Made by a program: the position numbers and the translations under genes. A stretch of DNA of 63,065 bases, filler included, from Octopus bimaculoides (lineage: Eukaryota), in NCBI RefSeq assembly GCF_001194135.2. It is 4 parts of 4 records of this genome, joined end to end, with 100 filler letters (N's around TTAATTAATTAA, not from the genome) between each part and the next. Parts side by side here need not be neighbours in the genome. Positions count along the whole stretch, not along the records: positions 33,367 to 38,239 come from NC_068981.1; positions 38,340 to 63,065 come from NC_068985.1; 2 more parts are not named here. One strand, given 5' to 3'. Of the stretch, positions 37,900-51,970 are shown one piece after another. Every line of letters starts with the position of its first letter. Within the stretch, counting starts at the first letter, position 1. The notes beneath the pieces were generated by a model, which was not told the DNA's origin, made no database searches, and saw nothing but the letters and a program-made list of their open reading frames with translations.

Positions 37900-38239
37900 G
37901 GAATCACTGCAGAGATGCTCAAAATATCTGGCAGTGTTGGCTATAGCCTAGTCACCCGTATTACGAACCAGGTGATACACGAAGGAGTCATACCCAATGA
38001 CTGGTGTAGCAGCATCATAGTCAACTGCTACAAAGGTAAAGGGGACGCTTTAGATACAAATAATTACAGAGGCATCAAGCTGTTAGATCAGGTTATGAAA
38101 GTTACAGAGAGGGTCATAGCCCAACTAATTAGGGAGCGAATCAATTTAGATGAGATGCAGTTTGGGTTCGTGCCAGGTAAAAGCACTACTGATGCCTTAT
38201 TTCTAGTGAGACAGTTGCAGGAGAAATACCTAGCTAAGG
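37900..38239 (+). mobile_element. RTE-type LINE reverse transcriptase fragment (open frame, cut by gap)
   Basis: GITAEMLK...IPNDWCSSIIVNCYKGKGD...NYRGIKLL...QFGFVPGKSTTDALFLVRQLQEKY, N-terminal RT subdomains of non-LTR elements. Confidence 0.93.
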
Positions 38240-38339
38240 NNNNNNNNNNNNNNNNNNNNNNNNNNNNNNNNNNNNNNNNNNNNTTAATTAATTAANNNNN
38301 NNNNNNNNNNNNNNNNNNNNNNNNNNNNNNNNNNNNNNN

Positions 38340-38370
<31 letters not shown>

Positions 38371-39081
38371 ATATATATATCGCATCAATACCACAACCGA
38401 CTGAGAGTACGGCGTTTAACACCATCGTTAACAGCACCAATATAGACAACGCCCACTATTACTACTACCCTGGTATTTCTCTTCTATCACCAACCATCAG
38501 CCAGGCTACCACTTCCGTTCCCAGTGTGACCTCTACAGCAACAGCTACACCAACACCAACACCTGGATTGCCTCTGTTTCAGCCCCACCACCAGACTAAA
38601 CGGGTCGCTCCCCATCTGAATATTCAAATGCCAGGATCTACATAGAAACACATTTCTTTTACTGTACTTTTCTGATGATGAGCGTTTGTATCCAAAATAT
38701 AAAAGTTTCAAATTTCCTCGCTAGATTTTGAAATTTCTTCATTTCATTTATTATTATACTTCTGTATTCCAATTCTTCAAGCGAACAACATTGACCTTCT
38801 TACGTAATACAATGCATTCTAGACTGTACCGTCTTACGCGGTATTTGTATGTCAACTCTTTCTAGAACATAGCAAAGAATTGACGGTCAAAATAAAGGCA
38901 AATGTCGATTTTTTTAACGATCTATGTTAACAGAAAAAAAAAAATAGATGGAATTGCCAAACCTATTTAGAATGTTACTTTGTTTCTAACAATTTTGTCA
39001 AAAGCTGAAATGAAAAAACAAATTAGTTTTGTCTTGTGTATTCGATTACACATCGAAACATTGCCTAAAGAACTTGTTCAG

Positions 39082-39137
39082 CTTGGCAGAGCATCCGCTG
39101 TTCACTCTGGCGATTATCCAAATATCACTGTTATACG
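39082..39137 (+). CDS. Candidate exon (phase 0 to 2?) LGRASAVHSGDYPNITVI
   Basis: Acceptor aacttgttcag; the donor would lie in the adjacent N gap and is not observed; raised GC. Confidence 0.25.
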
Positions 39138-40054
39138 NNNNNNNNNNNNNNNNNNNNNNNNNNNNNNNNNNNNNNNNNNNNNNNNNNNNNNNNNNNNNNN
39201 NNNNNNNNNNNNNNNNNNNNNNNNNNNNNNNNNNNNNNNNNNNNNNNNNNNNNNNNNNNNNNNNNNNNNNNNNNNNNNNNNNNNNNNNNNNNNNNNNNNN
39301 NNNNNNNNNNNNNNNNNNNNNNNNNNNNNNNNNNNNNNNNNNNNNNNNNNNNNNNNNNNNNNATGTATATATATAATTATATTATATTATGCTGTATATA
39401 TATATATATATATATATATAAACAAAGCACACACACATATATATACCTTTATGTATATGCACGTATTTACGTATTTGTGTGTGCTTGTTCGTATGTGTGT
39501 GCGCGCGCCCGTTTGTATGTATATGTATAGAGAAATGAAGAAATAGAGACACGGATATGCTACATCAATGGTCAGAGAAACATAAAATATACATACTACT
39601 AGAGTAACCGTATAGTGAGTAAATACTGCTGAGCAGCAATTAATTTCTCCCTGAAGCGTATCAATGATTCGGTTTTGATATCCGATTGATATCATTTCCA
39701 TTCGCTTCTGATGTGTAACTGAATATTAAATACTCTTTCACTACTCATTTGTCAAAATTAGAAGTTAGAGCTTCTTTAAATATGCTATGAAAGCACTCTC
39801 AGATATCTGCTTGCTTTCTATAATACTTTGCACCCCTTACATCTCCCTCACCTGTCTTCCTCTATAAGCTCTCTTTTCTCCTTTCTCTCCATTAAGCTCC
39901 TTACTCTAAAACCTTATCTACAAGCCTAAATGACAGATAGATTCCATAGTGAAATAGTATATTCTGGTTTTTGATCATGAACTTTTGGAGAATGTTGCAT
40001 AATAATGAACCGCTGTAGTTCCACGTTCTGTATTCTTTTTTTTTTTTGTATGCT

Positions 40055-40460
40055 CTTTACTCTTTTATTTGTTTCAGTCATTTGACTGCGGCCATGCAGG
40101 AGCACCGCCTTTAATCGTGCAAATTGACTCCAGGACGTATTCTTTGTAAGCCTAGTACTTATTTTATCGGTCGCTTTGTGCCGAACCGCTAAGTTACAGT
40201 GACGTAAACACACCACCATCGGTTGTCAAGCGACGTTGGGTGGACAAATACAGACACACAAACACACACACATATATATATACATATACATATATACGAC
40301 GGGCTTCTTTCAGTTTCCGTCTACCAAATCCACTCACAAGGCTTTGGTCGGTCTGAGGCTGTAGTAGAAGACACTTGCCCAAGGTGCCACGCAGTGAGAC
40401 TGAACCAGGAACCTTTTGGTTGGTAAGCAAGCTACTTACCTCACAGCCACTCCTGCGCCT
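40055..40460 (-). mobile_element. Full-length SINE family B
   Basis: Matches 35500-35905. Confidence 0.92.
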
Positions 40461-41962
40461 ATAACATATATATCTTTCGTTTTTTAATGTTAACTAACAT
40501 AAAACTAAATGTACCAAATTTTCTCAACCACTTTCCGATGTGTCCTTAATCTTAATAAGTACAAAGCAAAATAAATGATGTACCATTTGCGTAATGGGGT
40601 CAATCTAATCGACTGGCCCACTCCCCCAAAATTTCGGGCGTTGTGATTAGAGTCGAACACAAAAGATTATTCACAGACGTTGTGTCTAAAGTAGAAAACA
40701 AAAGATTATTCACGGTAGTATTTGGTAGTCCTGTGATTTGCAATTCCTGAGGCTCTTCAAGGCAACCGCTAGGAATGGAACAAGCAGCGTACAATCCATT
40801 GATCAGGCTTCAACGTTTGCAACTGTGTGAAATCAGACAAAGCCACCCAAAATCAGGTGGTGATTTGAAATACATTGGTTATCTAAAGATTCTTACGTGA
40901 AATACACAACACGCTGGTCTGGATTAAATACCGTAAAGTACAACTAGCTGATGCCTCTAATGATTACATTAATGAACACTTTCTGAATTGAGTGATATAA
41001 AATACCTAACACTTATGAATACCTCATGTTATTTAAACTAAAATCCGAAGCCGGCTTCAGTTAGTTTTTGAAATCAGCGTAGGAATACATTGGGTAACGC
41101 AATTCCTTTTGACTGACCTCGCGAATCATCATTACGAAACTGCTAAAGTAGAAATTATACAACTTTAAGTATGAAATACAACTTGTGACTAGAAAATGAC
41201 GTAAGAATTTAATCTAACATCTCATGATTCTGAATGCATTCGCTGGGAGTTCTGAAAGTAATTAAAACATCCGTCCCCAACATATGAGAACATAATTTTC
41301 ATGGTTTCTCCCTTTCATTTATTTTTGTCTTTTTGCGGGTTTATTTTTTTTTAAGGCGAACGATTGCCCTCCCTCCACCTACACACACCATATAACACAC
41401 AACACGTGTGTGTCGTGCCTCTCTCTATATATATGTTTCTATGTATCCGTGTGTACGCTTGCATGTACATACGAAATGGTCCTACATGAAAGTTTGTGGT
41501 GAGCTGCTAAATGAGCTGTAGCCACATCCTGCCAACTCAGCGACAAAGTACCTACATTGTAGGCAGCAAATTAAGCTTCTGTCACGCGTTCTCATTTTTC
41601 ATTCTTTATTTATTTGTATGTTATTTGTCCCAGTTACGAAATCATTTTAACAATTTATTTACTTTTCATGTTTTAGCTTATATTCGTGTTTTCCTTTTTC
41701 CGAATATAAAACCATGGTGAAGACATTTCCAGCCCTGAGTTCTCAAAATGTTTTCTCAATGATTTCTCATTGTTCTTTTCCATCTGAACGTAGACATTCT
41801 TTCGAACATTTCTTCCATATCAGAGCATGAGTTCAATGTAATTTTATATACGTTTATATATATATACACAAAGACACCTGTACGCACACACACACATACA
41901 CGAACACGCAGCATATATATAAATATATAATAGAATGATTTTGAGTGTGTACGCGTGTTCGG

Positions 41963-41994
<32 letters not shown>

Positions 41995-43219
41995 NNNNNN
42001 NNNNNNNNNNNNNNNNNNNNNNNNNNNNNNNNNNNNNNNNNNNNNNNNNNNNNNNNNNNNNNNNNNNNNNNNNNNNNNNNNNNNNNNNNNNNNNNNNNNN
42101 NNNNNNNNNNNNNNNNNNNNNNNNNNNNNNNNNNNNNNNNNNNNNNNNNNNNNNNNNNNNNNNNNNNNNNNNNNNNNNNNNNNNNNNNNNNNNNNNNNNN
42201 NNNNNNNNNNNNNNNNNNNNNNNNNNNNNNNNNNNNNNNNNNNNNNNNNNNNNNNNNNNNNNNNNNNNNNNNNNNNNNNNNNNNNNNNNNNNNNNNNNNN
42301 NNNNNNNNNNNNNNNATATATATATATATATATATACATACACATAAATTAAATATAGAGATATTCCACTGACTGAAGTATCAGTGAAATGGTTGTTTAA
42401 TACACCCCTTTCAAGGATTTCTTTTCCTCGGTGTGTTACTTTATATATACATTTATATAAACACACACACACACATATATATAAATTTATATATACTATA
42501 TATATACAGATATGACTATGTATACGTATATATATAGGTATGTATAATTATATATAGTATACCTATTCACACACAGACACACATATACATATGTATATGT
42601 ATATATGTATGTATGTATATGTGTATGTATATATACTACATAAACATATACATATGCATCAGGCCATAAAGAATGAAATGTCATCTTTAGAACTAAAAGT
42701 TAATTTTAATTTATTTCAGCAAAAAGCAATGCAGTTAATCAAAGTAAGTACCGCATTTATTAATACAGTTTTGCCATTTTATCGGTAGCTTATTTATGGA
42801 GGCAGGCATGAATTCAGTCCGTGTATTTCGATTAGAGTTCTTTATGCAACATGTGGTCTAGCATTTTCTTGCAATTCAAATGGCCTGTCACTGTTGACCA
42901 ATCCCGGTTGTTTAAGTGCAAGTTCACGCACGCTGTCATCCAATTGCTTGACGTATACGGCCGTTGTGTTACCAGATCTTTGTATTACCAGATGTGTACA
43001 GACTTTGACTTACCAGATCTCATGAAACTGGATTCCAAAAAAAATGATTTAAAAGAGTAAACTCATAATATTATAAGACTCCAAAAACTGCATTTCGAAA
43101 AGCGATGGCATAACTCTTCAATGTTGTAAAACAAAGAATTGTCATTAGAATTAACGACTGCTAAACTTGGTGCATATGAAAATCGAACATCTCATTCTTA
43201 ATAACCTGATATATGCATG

Positions 43220-43850
<631 letters not shown>

Positions 43851-45480
43851 CTACGCATTCGTATCTTCGTTATTGTCACTACTGTGTGTGCATTTATTAT
43901 TTGGATGTAATTTTAGACACATTATTACATAAACAAACAGTAGACAATCTTTTACAAAAGTGTTCTCGGTTGTTTACTCCGTCTAAAGAAATTCTGGTAA
44001 CAATATATTATCCAGGCTTCTTCTCTTTTGCTTATTTTCTCTTTCATTCCCGAGCTGGAAACTTTTGAATTGCCATTTATATTAGAGAAACTTATTTTGT
44101 TTTGTTGGGTCTGTCTTCCTTTCATTGACATTTCTTTTTAGCTTTTATCATATAATCGCAAGTACAATGGCTTGGCCATATAAACAAGAAATAACATAAT
44201 ATTGAAGTAATGTACAATTCAAAACTTTTATGTTTTCTAAAGGGTACGTTAAGTTGCTATAAATTAATAATTGATCAACAATACAAGTTACGAAACAACG
44301 TATATTAAATGTCAGAAATTGACTGTTGAAGAACTGACTTAAGTCAACAATGTATTAAACATTCGCTTGTATATATATATTGCTTTTAAATCATGATCAA
44401 CAAAAGTACAAATCAAGGAAAAATGTCTCAAGATCTATATTTTAATGCAGCAAAAACCTGACTCCCGTTTCTTCAAGGATAAATAATTTTCATAATTTTC
44501 TACTGAGATAAATCATAAAATTTATACATGTTGAATAAACACTTCAATCAAAGCAGTTGTCAAGCTGGAAAAAATGTTTAGAATGATGTCAATAAATTTA
44601 AACAAGAGAAATATAGCATATTATTTTACATATGACGTTTTAATTATCCTACAATATTTGGGGAAATATTCCCCTTTGGAAATAGAAAAATACAATATTT
44701 ACAGTTCAGAGGATTATGTTATTAGCTGAAGGTCACACCTGTTTCAAATTTCAATTAAGTGCTATTATTATATAGCGTAAATTTTATAGTTTCGACTGGA
44801 TATTATAGTGGCGTACGTTAACAATGCTGGTACGAATATGATTTAGTTAGTTTAGCTCTAAGCGAATTATGTAAATTTTATTCGTACATACATCTAGAAG
44901 TATGTCAGAATTTATCAGGTTGTAAATTACATAATCAGTATCTTAATTTATCGACTTCAAAATGACAAATATCAGTCACAAATATTCGTGTGTTGCTTTC
45001 GTTGTTCAGCTTCGGGCCAGCTCTAGCTGAGAAGATACATGGTCGAAGGTGTTTCTAAGCCGTGACGCTAAAGTCTTCCATTTGAAATTGGTGTTTCAAA
45101 ATCGGATACTTACTCAATAGATATGAATCAGAATAGTAACACATATTTCATTTATGGACGCCAATAAAAGTCTGATTTAGTATAAACGCAAACAAAATTA
45201 TATGACGATGTATCGTGAAACTTTTAAGAAACATACCTTTGTATATGTATATGGAAATATTATAACAGCACGAACATACCTCAGATGGAACGTTCGGCAT
45301 GAGAAATACACATTGCATTGGGAATCGAATATTATTATTCAGAGTTCTATTCTGAGAAACTATCTAAGGAATTAGAAATGATCCATTTCTAAATCTCACG
45401 GAGAGACTTAAGCAGTAGCAAAAACTCAGAAACATGTTTTTATCTCTATGAACTGTAATTAAATTAACTCCAAAACTATC

Positions 45481-45663
45481 AGGTTACTGCCTGGAATCGA
45501 ACTTGGAATCTAGAGGTCAGTAAGCCGCGCTCTTAACCACTATGCTATATGTCCGTGGACAATTATGGAGTGAATTTTAGGGCTTACAAATCTAATATTT
45601 TCTTAGCGTTCCTTAATACCGGTTTCCATAATAATAATAATAATAACAATAATAATAATAATA

Positions 45664-45702
<39 letters not shown>

Positions 45703-45899
45703 GTAATAACATCGAAAATTACCTTAGGAATGAGAACCCGGGTTCGAAATTTCCTCAAGACATCTGATGACGGATGGAGGATATATCAGCCGAAACGTTG
45801 GATTAACAGCAAACAGGATGAGGACAAATATCCGTCAAATGTAAATAATGTAATTAAAGTAAATAATGTACATAATTCCTCATCTCTTAAAAATAGAAC
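45481..45899 (+). mobile_element. Penelope-like 3' fragment with 5' inversion
   Basis: 45481-45630 is the reverse complement of the ORF end plus tRNA-like segment (cf. 24550-24692); 45629-45899 is the forward (AAT)n-pLTR with a degenerate HHR at 45759-45804. Confidence 0.9.
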
Positions 45900-46289
45900 A
45901 GGTGAAAACTATTTTTTGTTGCAATAAATCAGGCAATATAATGATCGTTAAATAGAAATATTAAAGAAATATGACACACTTTTAGCTAGAATCTCATAAA
46001 ACATCAAGAAACATCTCAAATTCCATCTATACACATAAATAATAGTTAAATTAATTACTACTTTGAGAGTCTTGTGCAAAATTTATCTAATTAATTTAAA
46101 TGAGCAAAGTTATATTTCTTTCATGCAATTTGATAAAACTAACATTTATCATGATTAAGCATAAACTCTGACATATGGTTCTTCAAAAACTATACATTAA
46201 GGTTTTCTATAATTTTGTAAAGTATCGCCTTAGCAGCATAAAAATATGCTCGAATTGCTTTCATTTTAAAAGTCTTACTAACATGTTTC

Positions 46290-46980
46290 GCTGATAAAAC
46301 AGACAATGCTAACAGAAGTGGACTCACTGCGTTTATTAGTGGGTCTTAAAATGAAGCACGCATAAAATAAAACATAAGCTATCGGAAGACGTGGCACACG
46401 GCGGATCAGAGGTGGGAAACAATGAAACGGATGGTGTACAGGCGTTTGTCTGCTTGAGATATACATTGAATATACGCCGAGATGTGGATGCTGAAATCTC
46501 AAGGAGAATAAGGGAACTAGACAATTCCATGCCAGGACTTTCTGTATCACCGCCCTAGGTGCGCAGTTGATCGTCAGCTACTACGAAGAAGATAGAACAA
46601 TGATTGGTGACGAGGCATAGAACCATGGACAAATCGATGCTAGGAATATCGATTCGACAACATATTCAAAATGAGATAATTCGACAACGGTACAGAGTGA
46701 ACAATGTGATCGCAGAATATCGAAAACACAAGTGCCTCTGCGCCAGACATGTCGTAAAGTTCAAAAAGAACAGATAGACCCATGCAGTTATCGAGTGATA
46801 CCCAAAAGATCGGAAGGTTACTTGGAAGTCTCTGCGATAATTGGAAGACGACTTAGTTAAACATTTTAAGCGAAGATGGAAAAATAAATGGAGCAATCAA
46901 GAATTGGAAGCGCGTTGTGACCAGTGGTGTTAAACAGCATCGGGTGGTCTGGGCGATACTGAGATACTGCGATACATAGT
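46290..46980 (+). mobile_element. Decayed RTE LINE 3' end (RT C-terminal region)
   Basis: LVGLKM; VQAFVCLRYTLNIRRDVDAEISRRIR; MDKSMLGISIRQHIQNEIIRQRYRVNNVI; stops and frameshifts. Confidence 0.8.
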
Positions 46981-48363
46981 TACTCACAATCTTCCAAATT
47001 TGCAATTATAAGTAGCGAATAAAGCAGCAACATCTCGATTTGAATGACGTACATCTGGTCTGAAAACACAAGACGTAATGTTATATAAAATATATTGAGA
47101 CAAAGACAGAAAGGACACGATAATCACTAAATAAATAGTCTGAATTCTGATCTACACAAGCAAAAGTTATTTCGAGAGAAACGACAATATTCATTAGTCA
47201 TTTCAGCGGAAACTACGATAAATCAAACACAAACGAAGCTGCCTTAGGCATTCAGTTGTCCACCTTTTTAACTAAAGTGTGACAAGAATTTTTAGTATAA
47301 TGCGCACGCGCGTGTGTGTGCGTGTGTGGGGGAAGAAATCAATTACAACTTGAAAAATAAACGCCGTGTCTATTTACTAAATACAATCAATTAGAAAGCA
47401 ATTCGGGTTAAATGAATGTATGTAACATGACGTTCTTTTTTATGTCTGATGCTGCCTTTCGTGTTGTTATATGCGAAAAAAGATGCCATTGGCAGTGGTG
47501 TTTAGCCCAGGACTATCCCAAAGCATCCACTCATAAACATATCAACTTTTCTATATATACAACTAACATTATACTATCTAATTCGCACTTAATCTGTGCG
47601 AATATAACGAACATATACTGGATGTTCGGGATGCAGTCCTTAGTGTTATTTTTCTAAATACCTACATGATGACATTCTAACATAGCTTTTTACAAAGGTT
47701 TCCTACTAGCTGTCGACAGAAACTGAAGCCGAGTTTGTGGCATATTTTATTGTCACAGTAACTGCTAATTAGGGAAGAACTATGATGTTTCAGCTCTCTG
47801 AAAATTCGTGTAGATTGTATGATGAGAATATTTGTGGACTTTTAGATTCGGAAACAAAAAGACAAAAAAAAATGAAGAAACATTTTTTCCCTTCAGTGTA
47901 TTTGTTTTGTATGTTCCCAGTTCCCATTATTAGCATTTTTACAGAAAGGTTTGAATAGATTCGATTATCGAAAGGCATTTCCAATACCTGTCAATGAAAA
48001 TTATATTTATGTAAAGACAAACACAGATCCACATAATGAATATTTTTCAGAATGTTCTCGAATCTCGAATGATCTCGAACACACACACATGTATATGAAA
48101 ATTTCTATGTGAGATGATGTCACCCGGTGCTACCCTCTACTGAGCTCCAATAGAAAAAAAATCACGATATACGGAAATTCCTGTGCTCTTGACAGAAGAA
48201 TTTCGTCTGCAATGATCTATGTGTGTGCCTTTATGCAGCAAGTGCGTATATGATATGATCTCACGAGAAAAATATCGCAGTATTCGGTACTCTAACAAGA
48301 CATCCATGCTTAGTTGGATATAAAGATTGCAAGATTACCTTTTGATGTTAGCACTACTGTCGC

Positions 48364-48559
<196 letters not shown>

Positions 48560-50027
48560 AATGCATATGCCTGATATACCCTTATGAGATGGGTAGTCAT
48601 GATGGGTATACTGGGCTTCGAATAATTTACCCCAGAGTAACTTTGATAACATGCATTGCTATCTCTCTCAATAAAAAAATGACAACAACAACATTAATAA
48701 TGATATTAATAGAAATAAAACTAACAATATATATATATATATGTGTGTGTGCGTATATACATGTATATATATATATATGTATGTATTTATGTGTGTATAA
48801 TCGTATCAGGTGGTGCTATTAAGTTCGACATGGCCTGGCCCAATCTTTGGTCGAAACAGTTCATCTAAGTTTATGTATATCTATATGTATACATATATAC
48901 GCCCTAGTCTCCGTTTCGTATATTCCGTTGTTTAGTTTATGTACTGGCATACGTTAAACTTAATAAACGCGTATGAACATAAATATATGTTCGTGTACGC
49001 CACCGTCTTTATATTAGATAGTTGATCGATTCAGCATAGCCGAATGGCTATGCAATTATAACGCCTCCAGATTCGAAATCTCGCAAGAATGCTTTTAGTA
49101 TGGTTTCGTGTGGATGGATTTTATGTCAGTGAGAGTGAATCAATGGAGAATGTTTAGAAGGCCTTCAGTTGGATTGTGGCATTAATTGAAAATTGCCGTC
49201 CAATGGTATAGTGTTATCCTGATTTTACCACTGATTTATGTTACTGCCTGATGTACGCTATTTCAACGAGTGGGAAGTTCAATTGATCAGTAAAGATACA
49301 CTTGTGATCGACGCCGACGTACATTCATCTACTAAATGGTTGGGGCAGTCAGCTGTAACCTTTAATGCCGTCTATAATTTTAGAACATTATGTTTTTAAA
49401 CAGCTGCGATATATAAGCATAAATAGTGTAATGAATCACAGTAAACTATTGTGAGTGGGTTTCAAAGTTGTATTTTCGTTAAATTCACAAAATGAGAGAA
49501 TCGTAGGGAAAAAAAAATTGCTATATGAGATTAAATCAAATGATTAATTTATGTGTTGATTGGATTAAATAATTAATAACATAACAAAGTAACCTATTTC
49601 TGTAAATAATTCTATACTAATACTTCCTCACTTGTATGCGCATATGAAGCATATTGGTCTGAGTTAAATCTTAACAGCTAGAACATGTCAGTATTCTGGT
49701 GAACATAAACATATCCATAGGCATATTCGAAGAGATATATATAATTATGAATGGTACATATCTGGATAGAAATTAGATTTCGTCAAAGGACGTGTACTTG
49801 TAGAGAAATACGGACAAAAATTGCAACTGTAGGAAGTCGAATCAACCTTCAGTTATAACAAGCACCTAGTTATAGGTACAAATATTAGAATCTCTTGCTA
49901 CAGAGACAAAGAGAACTTTGAGATTTTGTCCGCTTGCGTTAAGTACCTAGCTGTATTACAGCAAGTTTTGTCGAAGCGATCGTTGATAGCAATAAAGTTA
50001 CCCGCTTACTGTTCCATTTTCCGTCTC

Positions 50028-50189
50028 TGAGAACCCAGGTTCGAAATTTCCCCAAGACACCTGATGAAGGCTGGAGGGTATATCGGCCGAAACGTTGTGT
50101 TAACAACAAATAAAATGAGTACAAATATCCGTCAAATGTAAATAATGTAAATAATGTACATAATTCCCCATCTCTTAAATATAAAACTG
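50028..50189 (+). mobile_element. Penelope-like pLTR fragment
   Basis: Matches 24750-24879 and 45730-45899. Confidence 0.9.
50056..50101 (+). ncRNA. Minimal type I hammerhead ribozyme motif, core intact
   Basis: Stem I GACAC/GTGTT; CTGATGA; extra A; stem II GGCTG/CGGCC; GAAAC-GT-T with palindrome AACGTT; predicted cleavage after GUU (50096). Confidence 0.75.
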
Positions 50190-50326
50190 CAGTACTCTGT
50201 AGTGTCAATTACACGCCTATTTCGAAGTCTTGCAGCCAATATATCACGCAAACAACGTGGAAGAAGTTTAACTGTTCAGTTATACAAGGCTCTTACTCGC
50301 CCATCCACTATTTTCTCTTCTCCCAG

Positions 50327-50373
50327 GATGCAAGCGCTGGACTGGCCGAAATATGCTAATGCACTGCTGGATA
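50327..50373 (+). CDS. Candidate exon (phase 2 to 1) MQALDWPKYANALLD
   Basis: Very strong acceptor ctattttctcttctcccag, donor GTATGT, about 50% GC. Confidence 0.5.
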
Positions 50374-50384
50374 GTATGTATTAT

Positions 50385-50575
50385 TGATATTGGTTTCTAA
50401 TTATGGCACAAGGACAGTAATTTCAGGGAAGAGTGTGAATCGATTACACCTCCTATAATCAACTGATATTTATGTTATCCACCTCGAAAGGATGAAAGGC
50501 AAAAATCAGAACGAAATGACGGACGAAATGCCGCTAAGCATTTTGTTCGGCATTCTAATGAATCTATCAGCCCAC
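50385..50575 (-). mobile_element. SINE family A (diverged, internally deleted)
   Basis: Reverse-complement match. Confidence 0.75.
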
Positions 50576-51054
50576 CACCCTTCGTACCAACTTATATTAT
50601 TTGTCGATTTTGGCCATTCTAAAGGGTTTTCAAATTTGTACGTAAAGTATATATAGGGAAACATGACAAACATCAAATCTGAATGCTGATATAAGAATTC
50701 CCTACAAACCCAACGTCGACCTCAACGGCTGAGATTAAAACAGCAGCTAGCCTGACATGGGAATAGTTTAGTCGCATAAATTTGCAGGTGTCACATCAAA
50801 ATTGCAGTCTTTGCGCATAGATCGAAAGGGTTATAGACTGGAAATGATCAAATAATATTCTCAGTTTAAATTAACGTTCAGGAAAAAAACATCAAAAGTT
50901 TGCTATGAATGATAATTGTGTCGAAGCTAGAAGGGAAGAAATAACCTGATCAACGAATACAGCCTGATTAAAAGCATGTTGACTAAATTACACATCTTTA
51001 TAATTCTGATGTTTCGACGCCCCCAGACGATGAAGTAGGCTAGCCCAATATACA

Positions 51055-51266
51055 CAGGGTGTATCCAAGGTCTGGGTACATGGAGTAAATAAAATCATAA
51101 CATAAACAATTAATTATAAGAAATAATTATTTCTGAAATTATGTGTTAATCTCCATGTGGGTACATGGAGTAAATAAAATCATAGCATAAACAATTAAAT
51201 ATAAGAAATAGTTATCTCTGAAAGTATGTGTTAATCCCCGTCTATCCAGACTTTGTGGACACCCTG
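51055..51266. mobile_element. Tc1/mariner-like MITE with an internal tandem duplication
   Basis: TIRs CAGGGTGTATCCAAGGTCTGG / CCAGACTTTGTGGACACCCTG followed by TA; about 81-bp units starting at 51074 and 51159. Confidence 0.8.
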
Positions 51267-51890
51267 TAGATATATAGAGAGAAGTCTAGCCGCCGAAGTA
51301 GTTGAGTAGAGGTCAACCGAATGTGCGATATAACAAGTTCATAAGCCTTCTCTTAGCGACTATGACACAAAATTGCAAACTCAGTCTTGTTATATATTCT
51401 ACGAGAAATTATAATATTACCACTACTTTTTTTTTATGGGAAGTGGTGTACATGGAGTGAAGGACAATAAGCAGACATCTACATTATTACATGAAACCAT
51501 GACCAGAGATTCCAATGGATTATCAAGATGAATCACGATAATAAATCGTTGCAAATTCTTCTGTTTTTTTCCAGAACGATAGCATGTTTGGGACGCTAAT
51601 GGACGCGAGTAATATTAAGATCATTGATTAACTGCATCGCTGCGTATGCATAATAACCGTGATGGACTGTTATGCGTATAGAAATCATGCAGCGAATCAA
51701 TGATTTTGAAATTTTTCGCTAGGGAGGAATAAAATAGCACATGTACATTATCTATAGCATTGGAAATTTGAAGTAACGACTACTATAAATTTAGGAACTA
51801 ACATCGATGTATTATAAAGTTTTGGTATATGAAAAAGAAACATGTAATTTCCGAAATGTTCTTGAGTGTGTGTGTATGTGAGTGAATGTA

Positions 51891-51970
<80 letters not shown>

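Noticed and set aside
33311-38295. Repeated palindromic TTAATTAATTAA motifs as possible biological sites
   Set aside because: Always embedded in N runs; assembly linker.
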